A stretch of 63,746 bases of DNA, filler included, from Octopus bimaculoides (GCF_001194135.2; 8 parts of 6 records of this genome joined end to end with filler, not necessarily neighbours in it); one strand, 5' to 3'. Shown: positions 25,480-39,514, counted from the first letter of the whole stretch. Notes: generated from the letters alone by a model not told the origin. Numbers and translations are program-made.

Positions 25480-25692
25480 GTTTTAAACTCTCAAGAGAGC
25501 TGAACAGAAATAAGAGTGTGTGTATGTGCGTGTGTGTATGTGTGTGTATTTGTGTGTGCGTGTTTTTGTGTATGTGCGCATATGTATGTGTGTATATGTG
25601 TGCGTGTGCATATTTTTGTGTGTGTATGTGCATGTGTGCGTTTGTGTGTTGGTGTGTGTGTATGTGAGTGTGTGTGTGTGTGTGAGTATGTG

Positions 25693-25739
<47 letters not shown>

Positions 25740-26469
25740 TGTTAGTCGATGAAATCGACCCAATTCTTGACTGGTACTGTATTTTATCGACCTAAACAAT
25801 ATTTGCGACTATAACAACAGCAACAATAATAGTGATAATGATAACAAAGGCATAAATGTGTGTGTGTGTGTGTGTTTGTGTTTTATGTAGGTGTGTTTGT
25901 GTATGTGTATATACGTACTCAAATATAGAAGTATACAGATATAAAAAAAAATGGAAGATCGACGTATAGACATACATAGCAATGCACATATATTCATACA
26001 CCGATATACATACACAGAAACACACAAGCACAAAGATGTATATGTAAATATACACGCACACACACATACACACACACACACACACACACATGCACAGAAA
26101 CACAAGCGAGCGAGCACACATACACATGTGCACACACACACATACACACGTGCACACACAAAACGCCATCACATAAATTTGTCATCACATCGGCCACAGT
26201 GTACCAGTACACAATTCTTACCGCTATTTTCGATAGCCAATTAAAAAATGTTAACGACTGTCAACTGATTCGTTATCAGAGAGAAATTATTAGGACAGGT
26301 GCAGGGCAAACAATAGTGACGCCATTAGCCATCTGCCAAGATATCATCATTGCCTCCTAATTCTTCACAACGTTCATTGCTAATGGCAAGTGAATTGGTT
26401 AGCCTCCTCACTACACTAGAAGTAGATCTTACAGATTTAAATACCGAACTGGCACTTGTACGGTTAATC

Positions 26470-26524
<55 letters not shown>

Positions 26525-26540
26525 GCACATNNNNNNNNNN

Positions 26541-26596
<56 letters not shown>

Positions 26597-26738
26597 GCAC
26601 ATTCAAATAGAAAATCGAACATAAAAATAACAATAACAACAAACAAGAGGACATGCACATGGAATGTATTAGTCTGACGCTCGATAAAGAGAGAGAATTT
26701 TTGACGTTTCGAGAATGGCTCTTCGTCAGAAATGAATA

Positions 26739-26774
<36 letters not shown>

Positions 26775-26799
26775 TACAAGAAAATTAAAATCTCCTTCC

Positions 26800-27017
26800 C
26801 GAGCCATAGGTTCATAGGGTTAGTTTTCTTGATTCTGTAGTGTATATGATAGCTCCTGGATGGGACGCTGGTCTGTCACAAGATTACAGATGTGTGGACT
26901 GGAGCAGCGAGAAATGAAGTGTTTTACTCAAGCTCACAACACATCACCCGGTTCACGAATTGAAACAACAATCTTACGATCATAAGTGCAACTAACTCAT
27001 TAATCCACGCACCTCCA
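26800..27017 (-). mobile_element. Diverged tRNA-derived SINE
   Basis: The head and CTGGAGCA-CG-GAAAT-AAGTG core resemble those of 15852-16212 and 60985-61220. Confidence 0.55.
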
Positions 27018-27572
27018 CACCTCCACACACATGCACTCATACACACGCGACGCACACACATGCGTATATATATAAATGTCTGTTTTTATATATGTATTTG
27101 TATTTGTATATATATATGTGTGTGCATGTATAGATCGGAAGANNNNNNNNNNNNNNNNNNNNNNNNNNNNNNNNNNNNNNNNNNNNTTAATTAATTAANN
27201 NNNNNNNNNNNNNNNNNNNNNNNNNNNNNNNNNNNNNNNNNNGAGATAAATTTCAATGAGTATTACTTACTCGGATATAGTCCAACCCTTTGTCAGCTAT
27301 TTTTTGTATATGGTGTTTGGGTTTGGAGATGGTCTGTATTTTGATGTAACACGTGTGTTTACGATCGCTGTTCGGGTAGTGGAGGTATCAAGTTAAAATA
27401 CATCATTATATTTGGAAAAATAGGAATAAATTTCAATGAGTATTACTTACTCGGGTATAGTCCAACCCTTTGTCAGCTATATTTGGGCTCCATGCGATGT
27501 CTTTATTTCCGATGTTTTTGGATAAGTTTCGGAGCAGTGATTTATCGTACTCACATGTTAAACTTCCCCGGT

Positions 27573-28026
27573 ATTATTATTATTATTATTATTACTATTG
27601 TTGTTGTTGTTGTTGTTGTTGCTGTTGTTTTGATTCTCGCTGTTCTATTTGCGGTTGTTCAGGGATTCTACTTGAAAGCAGACAATAACAAATCACCAAA
27701 CCTTTCAAGTAGTGCCTTCTCCTGTGACTCAAAGAGACAATATTCTCCTTAGAATGCGAGATGTACCCAACAATGCTGTCTTCTGGATCACTTCGAGCCT
27801 CACAGCAGCTCCAATATTCTTAATATGTTTTTCAAATCTCTTGGAAACTGCTCTTTATGCTCCAATTAACACCGGTATCACCATTACTTTTCTCATGCCC
27901 CATAACTTTCCTATCTCGTCCCGCTGTGGCTGGTATTTCTCACTCTTTTCTGTTTCCTTACATTTCATTTTGATTCTTGCAACCAGAGTAGAATCCTTGA
28001 GTTGTTATAATTATTTTGCTCATTGG

Positions 28027-28101
<75 letters not shown>

Positions 28102-28930
28102 GGTGATTTCAATAATATGGTCAGTCTTTATGGAGAAATTCCCCAAAATCTTATTTTTATTCATCATCACTGCCTGTGATTTGTATTCATACCACTTTTC
28201 TGTCATTTTGAATTTACACCCTCGGCTTATATCTCGATGTACTCTTTAACCGACACAGTCATGCACATGCTTATACTCTGTGCTTCTTTACAACATTTCA
28301 TTAAAATGTAGTTAATATTTCGTGTCCTTCTTCCCAGATTCTGCATTTACCCTATGACTGGATTTTATCAGCCTTTCCCTTTATCATATTTGTTTTAATG
28401 ACCTCTTTATTATCATTGACAGTTTTTTCTTTCCTGCTGACGACCTCGGCTTGCTGCATGAAATGGTCGCGTGGCCCCTTCTCTTTCCGGCTACTTGCCT
28501 TATCATTGAGTTTTCCTCCTGCATCCTTGACTTTTAGGACATTTCTAGCTGCAAATAGTATTCTTTATTCTATATATAGTTTTTCAAGCCCCAGTATCAC
28601 AGTGCTAACGGTATGTTTTGTGTTTAAATAAACGTCTACCTCCCTCCTTTCTTGGTAGGTAAAGCCTACTGCTTTTAGGATGGTGCGTGTTGTGCATTGT
28701 GAGCTGCTCCTTGGTCCTTTTGTTTAACTCCTGTGTTTTATCCATTTTAGAAAAGGGATGAGTATCTTAATAGTGGCACACCCATATATTCGTTGCATTG
28801 ATAATATTGATGATAATTCTTCGAATTAATTTTGTTTCGAAAACCTTCTTAACTCTTCCCTTGTACTTTTCGGAAACGTTTTCATTATTCTTTCCATTAT
28901 CCTATTGTGCTGCAATACCCTAATGTACTT
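27573..28930 (-). mobile_element. R4/Dong-clade LINE 3' portion (RT C-terminus, restriction-like endonuclease, (CAA)n(TAA)n tail), degenerate
   Basis: Minus frames read LTMHNTHHPKSSRLYLPRKEGGR, EKWYEYKSQAV..NKILGNFSIKTDHII and EKYQPQRDEIGKLWGMRKVMVIPVLIGA*...QKTALLGTSRILRRILSL*. A short 3' UTR ends in (CAA)n(TAA)n. Confidence 0.85.
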
Positions 28931-29171
28931 AAAAACCATTTATTAATATTGTTGTTTTACGTTCTGTTATTATTGTTGTTATTATTGTTGTTTTACGTTC
29001 TGAGTTCAAATTCTGCCGAGGTCGTCTTTACTTTTCATTCTTTTGGGGTCGATAAAATAAGTACAAGTTCAACTCTGGAATCGACTTAATCCTTCTCTGA
29101 AATTGTTGGCCTTGTGCCAAAATTTGAAAACATTATTGTTGTTGTTGTTGCTTTTGTTGTTGTTGTTGTTA

Positions 29172-29360
29172 TTATTACTTCCGCCTTAGCGAAGGCGGAG
29201 GTATTGTTTTCAGTCGTGTTTGTCCGTGGACAAAATGTCTCAAGAACCGCTGGATGGATTCGGATGAAACTTTTAGGGATGTTTGGCTTCGCAACTGGCA
29301 AGAATTGATTAGATTTTGGAATCAATCTAGTACTGGACAAGGATTCTGGATTATTTGTTA
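29172..29360 (+). mobile_element. Helentron-associated non-autonomous element (HINE/DINE-1-like)
   Basis: Starts ATTACTTCCGCCTT-AGCG-AAGGCGGAGGTATTGTTTTC (10-bp stem hairpin, 29178-29201), followed by ...ACCGCTGGATGGATTCGGATGAAACTTT. This layout is typical of non-autonomous Helentron derivatives. Confidence 0.55.
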
Positions 29361-30054
29361 TATTTACTTTACTTTACATGAAATATTACAATCTTACGTT
29401 GACTTCAAGTCTTTCTCTGATTATCCCCCTTGAAAGCACGCTCATGGTTTCCACATAAATTATGGCGGCATTGCTGTTTCCAAAGTTTTATTTTCGTTTC
29501 TCTGTTATTAATTTTACTCGCGTCTCTATCTTAGTAGTAACTGATGGATAAAGAAATCAAACTACATAAACAACGGAAGCAAAACCGTTCAGAAATTAAA
29601 TAACACTAACATATTCAGTAACAATAATAGATTTAATTTATCCTCGACGCACATACGCATAAATGTATGTATGTGTGTATGCATGTATGGGTGTATGTAT
29701 GTATGCATGTATGTATACGATGGGCTTCCACATAGTTTCCGTTTACCAAGTTCACTCACAAAACATTGGCCACCCCCAGGATTATAGTAAAAGACACTTG
29801 CCCAAGGTACCGCGTGAAGTTTAACATTTGCGCTCATCTATAGTCATTTTGATGTTGCTATTTCTATTGTTAGTGCACTATTGTCAGTTTTGTATGGAAA
29901 ATTATATAGAACGATGGACTTTAAAAGTGTTTTCAGATATAATTACGTCCTTTTATGCTCTAAATTGAAACCTTGCAGCGTGCCTGTACCTATGTCAGAA
30001 ATAATTATAACCATGCAGGACATGGTTGAGATGAGGCAGCAAAGCGAGTTCACT

Positions 30055-30550
30055 TTGTCATTCGAGGTCGACTTTGCCATTCATCAGAATCGTTAGCACG
30101 CCGAGCAAAATGCTTAGTGGTACTACGTCCGTCTTTATATTTTGAGTTCAAATTCTGCTGAGACCGACTTTGCCTTTCAAAGGCAGTGAGCTGGCAGAAT
30201 CGTTAGCTTGCCGGACAAAATGATTAGTGGCATTTTGTCCGGCTTTATGTTCTGAGTTCAAATTCCGCCGAGGTCGACTTTGCCTTCCATCCTTTTATGT
30301 TCAACAAAATAAATACCATTAGAAAATTACTAATTTTAAATCTCACAACGTGAGATATTCAGCAAATGTACTTTGTAGTAAAGATTGTTTGCCAACATAA
30401 CATGGCAGTCCTAAACCAGGACCGCCATGTTATGTTGACAAGCAATCTTTACTACAAAATAAGTACCAGTTATGCACTCGGTCAATGTAGTCGACTAGCC
30501 CTCTTCTCTGAACTTGCTAGCCTTGTGTCGCAATTTAAAGCCATTAATTA
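30055..30550 (+). mobile_element. Cluster of partial MetaSINE-like copies
   Basis: Repeated GGCAGAATCGTTAGC, GAGTTCAAATTC and GAGGTCGACTTTGCC segments. Confidence 0.75.
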
Positions 30551-30993
30551 CTCAGTGAGGCAGCGACCAAGCAAAGTCGTTAGTTTCAGAGACAAAATGC
30601 TTAGCAGTATTTATTACATGAATACACGTATAATCAAAGGTATTCCAGCCGTGACAATCATGTGTGTTTTTTATGACATTGTAGAACTATATTTAATGTC
30701 TTTTTCTTGTTTAAGAATGTATGATGTAATTTAGAAGAGATTTAGCTGCTCTTCTAGAAAGTCAAGCCAACAGCTTTGACTCGTTCCTTGGCACAACCAA
30801 ATTCCTTCTCTTTTTTTTTTTTCTTTTTTCTAAGCGTTTCAGTCGTTGGACTCTGGCTCTGCTTAGGAACCGTCTTCAAGAGTTTTAGTCGATCATATAT
30901 CTATTTCGCACTAATTTCATCAATCGTTGTTTATTAAACCACTAAGTTACTGGACAATGACACCCAACATAAATATAACTTTTAAACCTGTGT

Positions 30994-31051
<58 letters not shown>

Positions 31052-32445
31052 GCACAGGCACTACGCACTCATCATTCCAGGGAATGTTTTTAGATAGATT
31101 TAGCTGTTATTTTTATTTTATTTATTTATGTTTTTTCAACGGGATAGAAACTTGCTTCTTCATCCCCTGAGTGCGATGATAACGATGGTGATGGTACCCT
31201 CCTATAGACATGCAACATACTAAGCAGAACATTAACTGCATCAATTTCACCGGTATCGAAGGGGCTTAAAAATCATGGGCACTGCTCTTTCCTCGAGACC
31301 TAGCCAATAAGACATAAATAAAATGCACCCAAGTTATAAATCCGTGAATATTTTATGGAAAGGCTGACTTAGATGGCCGAGTAGATATAGCGTAAGACCA
31401 ACCACTTAACTCGATAAACAGCATCTATCCGATCGCTACCTGTTATCCCTTAATATTCGACCAATCTATCAAGAATCTGTCAATCCTTATGAATTCCATC
31501 TCTGTGGATTTTACACTCAGAAAATGTTATCTACTATAAGTTCTGATCGATCCAAGTCTTATGAGTACAATTAAGGAGACGGAAAAAATGGCAGCTCGTT
31601 GGATGGACTATCTGTTTGTGGATTGTAGACTTATCCGTTGCTTGCATTTATATAACTACCTGTCCTTTCGATACTTTTAGCAGAGTCATTCTGTTGAAAA
31701 CATCTTGGTTAGGTGTTTGGTCAGATGATTACTTGATATCATAATGTACTGCTTCCTATTGTAGCAGTACGAGAGATTTTTTTCTTGTTCCCCTGTAATA
31801 GACTCAGGAGCCATAAAAATGAGCATTGCCCTTCTTCGTTTGACAAAGTCATATTTTTTTAAAGTTTCAAGCAATGACAATAATGAGATGTCTCAGCGAA
31901 CAGTTAATACAAGGAAAATAATCATTTCTTCATATCTGGTGAGATAAGAAGTTGAATTTGAAATTAAGGAATAAGGAAAAAGATGCACAGAATCCACATT
32001 TTTATTATTATTATTTACTAATCACGAAGTTCTTAAAACTTCTGTAGCTTTAAAATGTATGCAGCGGGAATTTGGCATAATCGATGGGGTGATTTTGACC
32101 GGTATGTTTTTTTGTTTTGTTTTCTTTCTGGGTTTTTTTCTTTTTCGTTTTAGTGCAATGCTTTGAGTTGGAGAGGTACTAAACTAAAGTTCATAGAGGT
32201 GATTGGGTACTGATGAATGCATCTGATTAATAGTATTGTGTGTGAGCATGTCTGCGTGGCTAAGAAATTCGATTTGCGATCAGGCTCTTCTGCGTTACAT
32301 CCACTGCGCTGCACTTTGAGCAGTTTTCTTCAGCTATAGCTATCTTAGACGCATCTTCATCAATACTGGAACTTGGTAGACGGAAACTGTCTTGAAGCCG
32401 GTCATATAAAATTATATATGATATATAATATATAGTGTATATATA

Positions 32446-32500
<55 letters not shown>

Positions 32501-34976
32501 CTAATATTACGAGAATTCATTTCAAATGGAATTCTTTGTACCAAATGTGGTTCACCAAATAAATCAATTCCACATTCACTTTGATTTAAAAAATGAACTC
32601 AATGCTGAAAATTACATTAATTAATTTTTTTTTCTGTTCTTATTTTTCACTAATAGACTGGTAATAGGGATTTTAATATATTGAGTTATAACATAGTATA
32701 CTACTAGTAAACACGCTAGCTGTGCTGCATAAGAGAAACATTCATAGAATTGATTTGCTTTTAGCACCCCAAAAATTTGAAACTGCATGTGGTTTGTCAA
32801 ATGTGACTCTCAGAGTATTGGCAGAGTGATATGTCGCATTTCAGTAAGTAAATTAACACCCCCAGTCCTGCAGCATATACTGTATATTATTTCGTACACT
32901 TGATACAGTTTAATGCACAGAAATAAATAAATAAACTATAAATAAATGACATGTTGAATAATGTAATAGAAGTACTCTAACCATGAAAAAGCAGTATTAG
33001 AAATAACACATTATATATATTTGCTTAACCACTCATTGAGTATACTGATACAGTGGAACTGTGCTGTGCCCAAACCTCAGAGGTCCATAGACCAAAAGCG
33101 CTCACTGCGAAGGAATGGATACTTATTTTTATATTTATAAGCTGCAAATAATTTTTCTACAAATACACCATCTATATAAAGGCCTACATAGGTAAGTATA
33201 AGTTATATTATATAATAATAGAAATTTATATTGTTCAAGGGATCACCAACAGACCCGGGTGCATTAAAACCCAAGTAGCGTAGTGGGAAGAGATGACTTT
33301 CGGTTATTCTTTCTACTATAGACACAAGTGGTGAAATCTTTTTTTCTTTTGGGGCGGGGGTGCTAGTCAATTACATCGACCCCAGTCCTCGACTAGTATT
33401 CATTTTATTGACCCCGAATGGTTGAAATGCAATGTAGATCTCGGTGGAGCATATAGGATGAGCTGTGTTTATCCGTCAAGATTACAATTTAGACCATGAC
33501 GGTATCAAATTAAGATACATTTGATTATAAAGTATCAATTCCGATCTTTATCATTCTCCCTCGCCTTATGCTAAGTACCGCGGTTTTTTTACCTCGCCTT
33601 GATTTTTCCCTCGCCGTGAACTAGAAACTCAATTGTAGTTCATTTTCTATTGGTTCATCTTCATGTTTCAGGATCTTACATTCAATTAATAGTAATTTCT
33701 CCAACAAAGAGAGAAGAGCCCAACCAAAGAATCGATCTCCCTCTTCGTGTTTTAAAACAGAGTTAAATGTTTCTTCTAATAATTGTATAGGCACGTAACA
33801 AAAACTTAAAACAGAAGCAATATCAACAGATTTATGAAATCTGTGAGTCATTTTGTTTTCGTAACACCATATTAGAAGTCATTTATTCATTTCACATTTT
33901 CTTCGTATAGTAGCAGCCGACAATAGCAACTGTCGTCTGCCAAGAAACCGTACAAAATTTTTGATATATTCTACTTATTTTACACAATTACATCAATTCA
34001 TTTTCAGAAATAAGTATTTGCAAATTTTATTTTTATTCTTTTACCTTTCAAATATTGCCATATTCCAATGATCAATAACGTTCATTTCAATTCACTTATT
34101 TATTGTTATCTTTTTTCATATGCTTTCATTCTAAGCATATTGCATAATTATTTTCATTCAATTTCATTCTAGAATTCAAAGCAAATTTATCTTATTTTAC
34201 CAAATATAAATATATAGATATATATTTTTTTCTTTTCTATCATTTCGATTGCATTTAAACTTATTTGTTCAAATTTAATTTCAAGACATTAGTTTACTTA
34301 TCATTACTATTAACTATATTTTTTGTACATAATTTTGATCTAAATATTCATATTTATTAATTAGGAAGAGTCTTCAGTTTTTTAATTTGATTTTGATCAG
34401 CATTTTTATTTTATTTCAAGTATTTTATATTATGATAAAATTTGGAAGGGATTGTCAGTTTGATAAATGGAAAGTTGTTAACCCATTGCAAAGAAAACTA
34501 AATTTGGGAGAAGTAACAGATAAATTAAATGTTTCCCAACTATACAATGCCTTTCTTGTACACAATCTGCAATATTTCAAAGAAATTTGTTTGGGAGATT
34601 TATGAAAAACAAAAAAAGAGCACACACACACACACACATACACACACAAACATACACACACAAACAAACAAGCAAACAAATACACAAGCAGACAAAAGCA
34701 AAGCTTTAAACACATATATACATTAATTAATTTAAAAGAGGCGTTCATTGTTCATCCTTCTGGCGTTTTTACTTAGCCAATGTGTTTCCTTTCTTTAATA
34801 TTGACAACTGCCTGCATCAAAAACAAAGACAAAAGATTCCAACTGAATCTTCACGATAACAGATGTGTAGAGAAATGCGTAAGTACTTCAAAATTCTAAA
34901 TAGTGGCTCTTTAGGGCAAAAATTCTTTTTAATACATTTATCGGTGAAAGCAAATATAAATTAGACTTGTAGAGAT

Positions 34977-35029
<53 letters not shown>

Positions 35030-35047
35030 TAAATATACATGTTCATA

Positions 35048-35083
<36 letters not shown>

Positions 35084-36158
35084 AATATATANNNNNNNNN
35101 NNNNNNNNNNNNNNNNNNNNNNNNNNNNNNNNNNNNNNNNNNNNNNNNNNNNNNNNNNNNNNNNNNNNNNNNNNNNNNNNNNNNNNNNNNNNNNNNNNNN
35201 NNNNNNNNNNNNNNNNNNNNATATATACACACATATTCACATACACACACATACATAATATCTTTTTGCATGAAATATATGCATGTATATATATACATCC
35301 GTATATTTCATACGAAAAGATATGTATGTGTATATGTGAATGTTTGTGTGCAAGCGCACAAACACACGCACACACACACGCACACACACACACACACACA
35401 CATGCACACACACATACGTACAAAATACAGAAAGGTTTACAAGTCTACGAGAGCCCCTTTATGCAGTGGCTTGATCTGCTAGAAATGACAGCCAAATTTC
35501 TCCCAAATCACATCTTAATATATTTCTAATAATGCAAAAACTACATTAGATACATTTAGTTCCTCTCAGATCAACTTGATGGTCACGGCTGGAATGCCTA
35601 CGATCTCAAGGTTATCCAATTAAGGCCGTGTAAGCGTTAAACAATTCCAATATAAGAAGATACACACACAAACTAGAAGACACATTCATCTAAGTCTATA
35701 CACTATATACAGACATACTGCGCTATGTATATACATGTACTAAATATTTCTTCCGAGATATTATCCACGTGCTTATTATAATAAAAAAGAACATCTAAAT
35801 GCTTACTATATCGAGAGGTCTCTGGTTCGTACCCGAGTATTCCTTCTACTGTTTCAAAGTATTGACCCAGCATGGCCACAGACCAGTGACTGATATAAAT
35901 AAAAGAAATACGATATTATATTATCGTTGTAATATGAATTAATATCAAACTCTCATATTGATATGTACCTGCATGCATGTATGTGTGAGTGAGTGTGACA
36001 CTGCCTATGGCTCAATGTATGTGTATGTTAATATAAATAATATTATATATATATATATNNNNNNNNNNNNNNNNNNNNNNNNNNNNNNNNNNNNNNNNNN
36101 NNTTAATTAATTAANNNNNNNNNNNNNNNNNNNNNNNNNNNNNNNNNNNNNNNNNNNN

Positions 36159-36795
36159 TGGCACACGTCGGACAAAATGCTTAGCGGTATTTCGTCTGCC
36201 GTTACGTTCTGAGTTCAAATTCCGCCGAGGTCGACTTTGCCTTTCATCCTTTCGGGGTTGATAAATTAAGTACCAGTTACGCACTGGGGTTGATGTAATC
36301 GACTTACTCCCTTTGTCTGTCCTTGTTTGTCCCCTCTGTGTTTAGCCCCTTATGGGCAATAAAGAAATAGGAAACTTAAGCATGCCGGACAAAATGCTTA
36401 GCAGTATTTCGTCTACCGTTACGTTCTGAGTTCAAATTCCGCCGAGGTCGACTTTGCCTTTCATCCTTTTGGGGTTGATAAATTAAGTACCAGTTGCGTA
36501 CTGGGTCGATGTAATCGACCTAACCTCTTCCTCCCACCAAATTTCAGGCCTCGTACCTATAGTAGAAAGGATTATTATTAAGGTGACAAGCTGGCAGATT
36601 CGTTACCACACCGGACAAAATACTTGGTGGCATTTCATCCGTTTCTTCGTTCTTAGGTCAAATTCTGCCGAGGTTGACTTTGCCTTTTATTATTTCGGAT
36701 GAAAGTACCAGTCGAGCCCTGGGGTCGATATAATCCGATGGATCCGTCTCTCAAAATTTCAGGCCGTGTGTCTATAATAGAAAGAATTATTATTA
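36159..36795 (+). mobile_element. Three head-to-tail MetaSINE-like copies
   Basis: The core GAGGTCGACTTTGCCTTT recurs at about 36225, 36445 and 36670; ATT linkers separate the last copies. Confidence 0.85.
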
Positions 36796-38100
36796 TTATT
36801 TTGATTCGTTACAGTTTTGATATAATTTGAGGTCATGATTTAAAGCAATTAATCTAATTAACAAAATTTACAATAATTAGCATTGAGAACACAAAAGATT
36901 CGTTATCTCACTCCACTGAATAAAAATGTGTGTGTGCGTATGTGCGTGTATGTATGTGTGTGTATGTATGTGTGTGTATGTATGTGTGTGTATGTATGTG
37001 TGTGTGCGTATGTGTGTGTATGTATGTGTGTGTATGTATGTGTGTGTATGTATGTGTTTGTATGTATGTGTGTATGTGTTTGTGTGTGAGTGTGTGAATG
37101 TGTGTGTGTGAGTGTGTGTGAATGTGTGTATGTGTGAGTGTGTATGTAAGTGCGTGTGTGTGCGCGGATCGTTTGAATTCTTTATCTTTCATTTGTTTCA
37201 GTCATTGGACTGCAGCCATGTAAATGAGAGAGAGAGAGAGAGAGAGAGAGGGGGAGAGAGTNNNNNNNNNNNNNNNNNNNNNNNNNNNNNNNNNNNNNNN
37301 NNNNNNNNNNNNNNNNNNNNNNNNNNNNNNNNNNNNNNNNNNNNNNNNNNNNNNNNNNNNNNNNNNNNNNNNNNNNNNNNNNNNNNNNNNNNNNNNNNNN
37401 NNNNNNNNNNNNNNNNNNNNNNNNNNNNNNNNNNNNNNNNNNNNNNNNNNNNNNNNNNNNNNNNNNNNNNNNNNNNNNNNNNNNNNNNNNNNNNNNNNNN
37501 NNNNNNNNNNNNNNNNNNNNNNNNNNNNNNNNNNNNNNNNNNNNNNNNNNNNNNNNNNNNNNNNNNNNNNNNNNNNNNNNNNNNNNNNNNNNNNNNNNNN
37601 NNNNNNNNNNNNNNNNNNNNNNNNNNNNNNNNNNNNNNNNNNNNNNNNNNNNNNNNNNNNNNNNNNNNNNNNNNNNNNNNNNNNNNNNNNNNNNNNNNNN
37701 NNNNNNNNNNNNNNNNNNNNNNNNNNNNNNNNNNNNNNNNNNNNNNNNNNNNNNNNNNNNNNNNNNNNNNNNNNNNNNNNNNNNNNNNNNNNNNNNNNNN
37801 NNNNNNNNNNNNNNNNNNNNNNNNNNNNNNNNNNNNNNNNNNNNNNNNNNNNNNNNNNNNNNNNNNNNNNNNNNNNNNNNNNNNNNNNNNNNNNNNNNNN
37901 NNNNNNNNNNNNNNNNNNNNNNNNNNNNNNNNNNNNNNNNNNNNNNNNNNNNNNNNNNNNNNNNNNNNNNNNNNNNNNNNNNNNNNNNNNNNNNNNNNNN
38001 NNNNNNNNNNNNNNNNNNNNNNNNNNNNNNNNNNNNNNNNNNNNNNNNNNNNNNNNNNNNNNNNNNNNNNNNNNNNNNNNNNNNNNNNNNNNNNNNNNNN

Positions 38101-38478
38101 ATCACTATTTTTAAGCATGCAAATTCCGCCGAGGTCAACTTTGCCTTTCATCCTTTCGGGGTCGATAAATTAAGTACCAGTTGCATACTGGCGTCGATCT
38201 AATCGATTGCTCCCCCCTCCTTAAAAATGTCAGGCCTTGTGCCTAGAGTAGAAAAGATTATCTTTCAAGGTGGCGAGCTGGCAGAAACGTTAGCACGCTG
38301 GGCGAAATGCTTAGCGGTATTTCGTCTATCTTTACGTTCTGAGTTCAAATTCCGCCGAGGTCGACTTTGTCTTTCGGGGTCGATAAATTAAGTACCAGTT
38401 GCGTACTAGGTTCGATCTAATCGACTGGGTCTCTCCACCAAAATTTCGGGCCTTGTGCCTAGAGTAGAAAAGAATATT
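38101..38478 (+). mobile_element. Two head-to-tail MetaSINE-like copies
   Basis: The same core occurs twice; the second copy starts AAGGTGGCGAGCTGGCAG directly after the first tail. Confidence 0.85.
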
Positions 38479-38683
38479 TATTAATATTTTTAAACAAGCA
38501 GTTCTTCAGCAGAATAAGTCCTTTCTGTTTTTTTTTGCGTTAATGACAAAGGTTTTCGCTAACTTAATAAGTTATAGCAAACTGTTTCAAATGGATATAT
38601 CACTACAACTACTAATATTAGTGCACTTTTGCCATCATGGGTAATACCAGGAAATGTCACTTACGAACAATAATTATAATTTA

Positions 38684-38900
38684 TTGTTGTATTTGGGGAT
38701 GATCATGTTGCCAGTTTAGCCAATAAAAACACACGCACTATATATTTGGTGTTAATTTGCTTCAGCTTTATATTACATTAATTGTATTTCGGCCAGAGTT
38801 CTTTCGTCACACTTCTGTGACCTCATCAGTGGTCCTTTGCTTTCTTCTTTCTTATATGTGTGTCCCTCCTTGCTAACGATCAGCCATTTTGTATTTTGTA
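38684..38900 (-). mobile_element. Hammerhead-containing interspersed repeat (family A; Penelope-like terminal repeat or retrozyme-like)
   Basis: Reverse complement of 53000-53200 over about 190 bp; contains the hammerhead at 38791-38834; no ORF. Confidence 0.75.
38791..38834 (-). ncRNA. Minimal type I hammerhead ribozyme motif (family A)
   Basis: Minus strand GACCA-CUGAUGA-G-GUCACA(GAAG)UGUGAC-GAAA-GAA-CUC-UGGCC. The core is intact, stem II is a perfect 6 bp, and stem I has one mismatch. Confidence 0.75.
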
Positions 38901-39102
38901 TTCCTATTGTATGTGTCTATATTTGCGCATGCGTATCCCTCTATGTGTGTCTATGTTTGTCTATGTTTTGTAAGTGCATGTGTGTGTATGGGGAGTGCCT
39001 GTATTAACTGTATCCCCTGTTAATACATGTTCGTTTAATTTGTTTTTATTTATTTGTTCATGTGTTTATACNNNNNNNNNNNNNNNNTTATTATTATCTC
39101 TA

Positions 39103-39489
39103 GTGGAGGCGCAATGGCCCAGTGGTTAGGGCAGCGAACTCGCGGTCATAGGATCGCGGTTTCGATTCCCAGACCGGGCGTTGTGAGTGTTTCTTGAGCG
39201 AAAACACCTAAAGCTCTACGAGGCTCCGGCAGGGGATGGTGGCGAACCTTGCTGTACTCTTTCACCACAACTTTCTCTCACTCTTACTTCCTGTTTCTGT
39301 TGTGCCTGTAATTCAAAGGGTCAGACTTGTCACACACTGTGTCACGCTGAATATCCCCGAGAACTACGTTAAGGGTACACGTGTCTGTGGAGTGCTCAGC
39401 CACTTGCACGTTAATTTCACGAGCAGGCTGTTCCATTGATCGGATCAACTGGAACCCTCGACGTCGTAAGCGACGGAGTGCCAACAACA
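39103..39489 (+). mobile_element. Full-length tRNA(Arg-like)-derived SINE
   Basis: Head GGCGCAATGGCCCAGTGGTTAGGGCAGCGAACTCGCGG...GGTTTCGATTCC; shared 3' body; (CAA)n tail. Confidence 0.85.
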
Positions 39490-39514
39490 TTATTATCTCC
39501 GACTTTTAATAGAA

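Noticed and set aside
32048-32101. 54-nt AG...GT segment open in two frames (FKMYAAGIWHNRWGDFD / LKCMQREFGIIDGVILT)
   Set aside because: Its phase does not join the phase-0 end of exon 12631, there is no family motif, and the apparent transmembrane read-through is just T-rich sequence.
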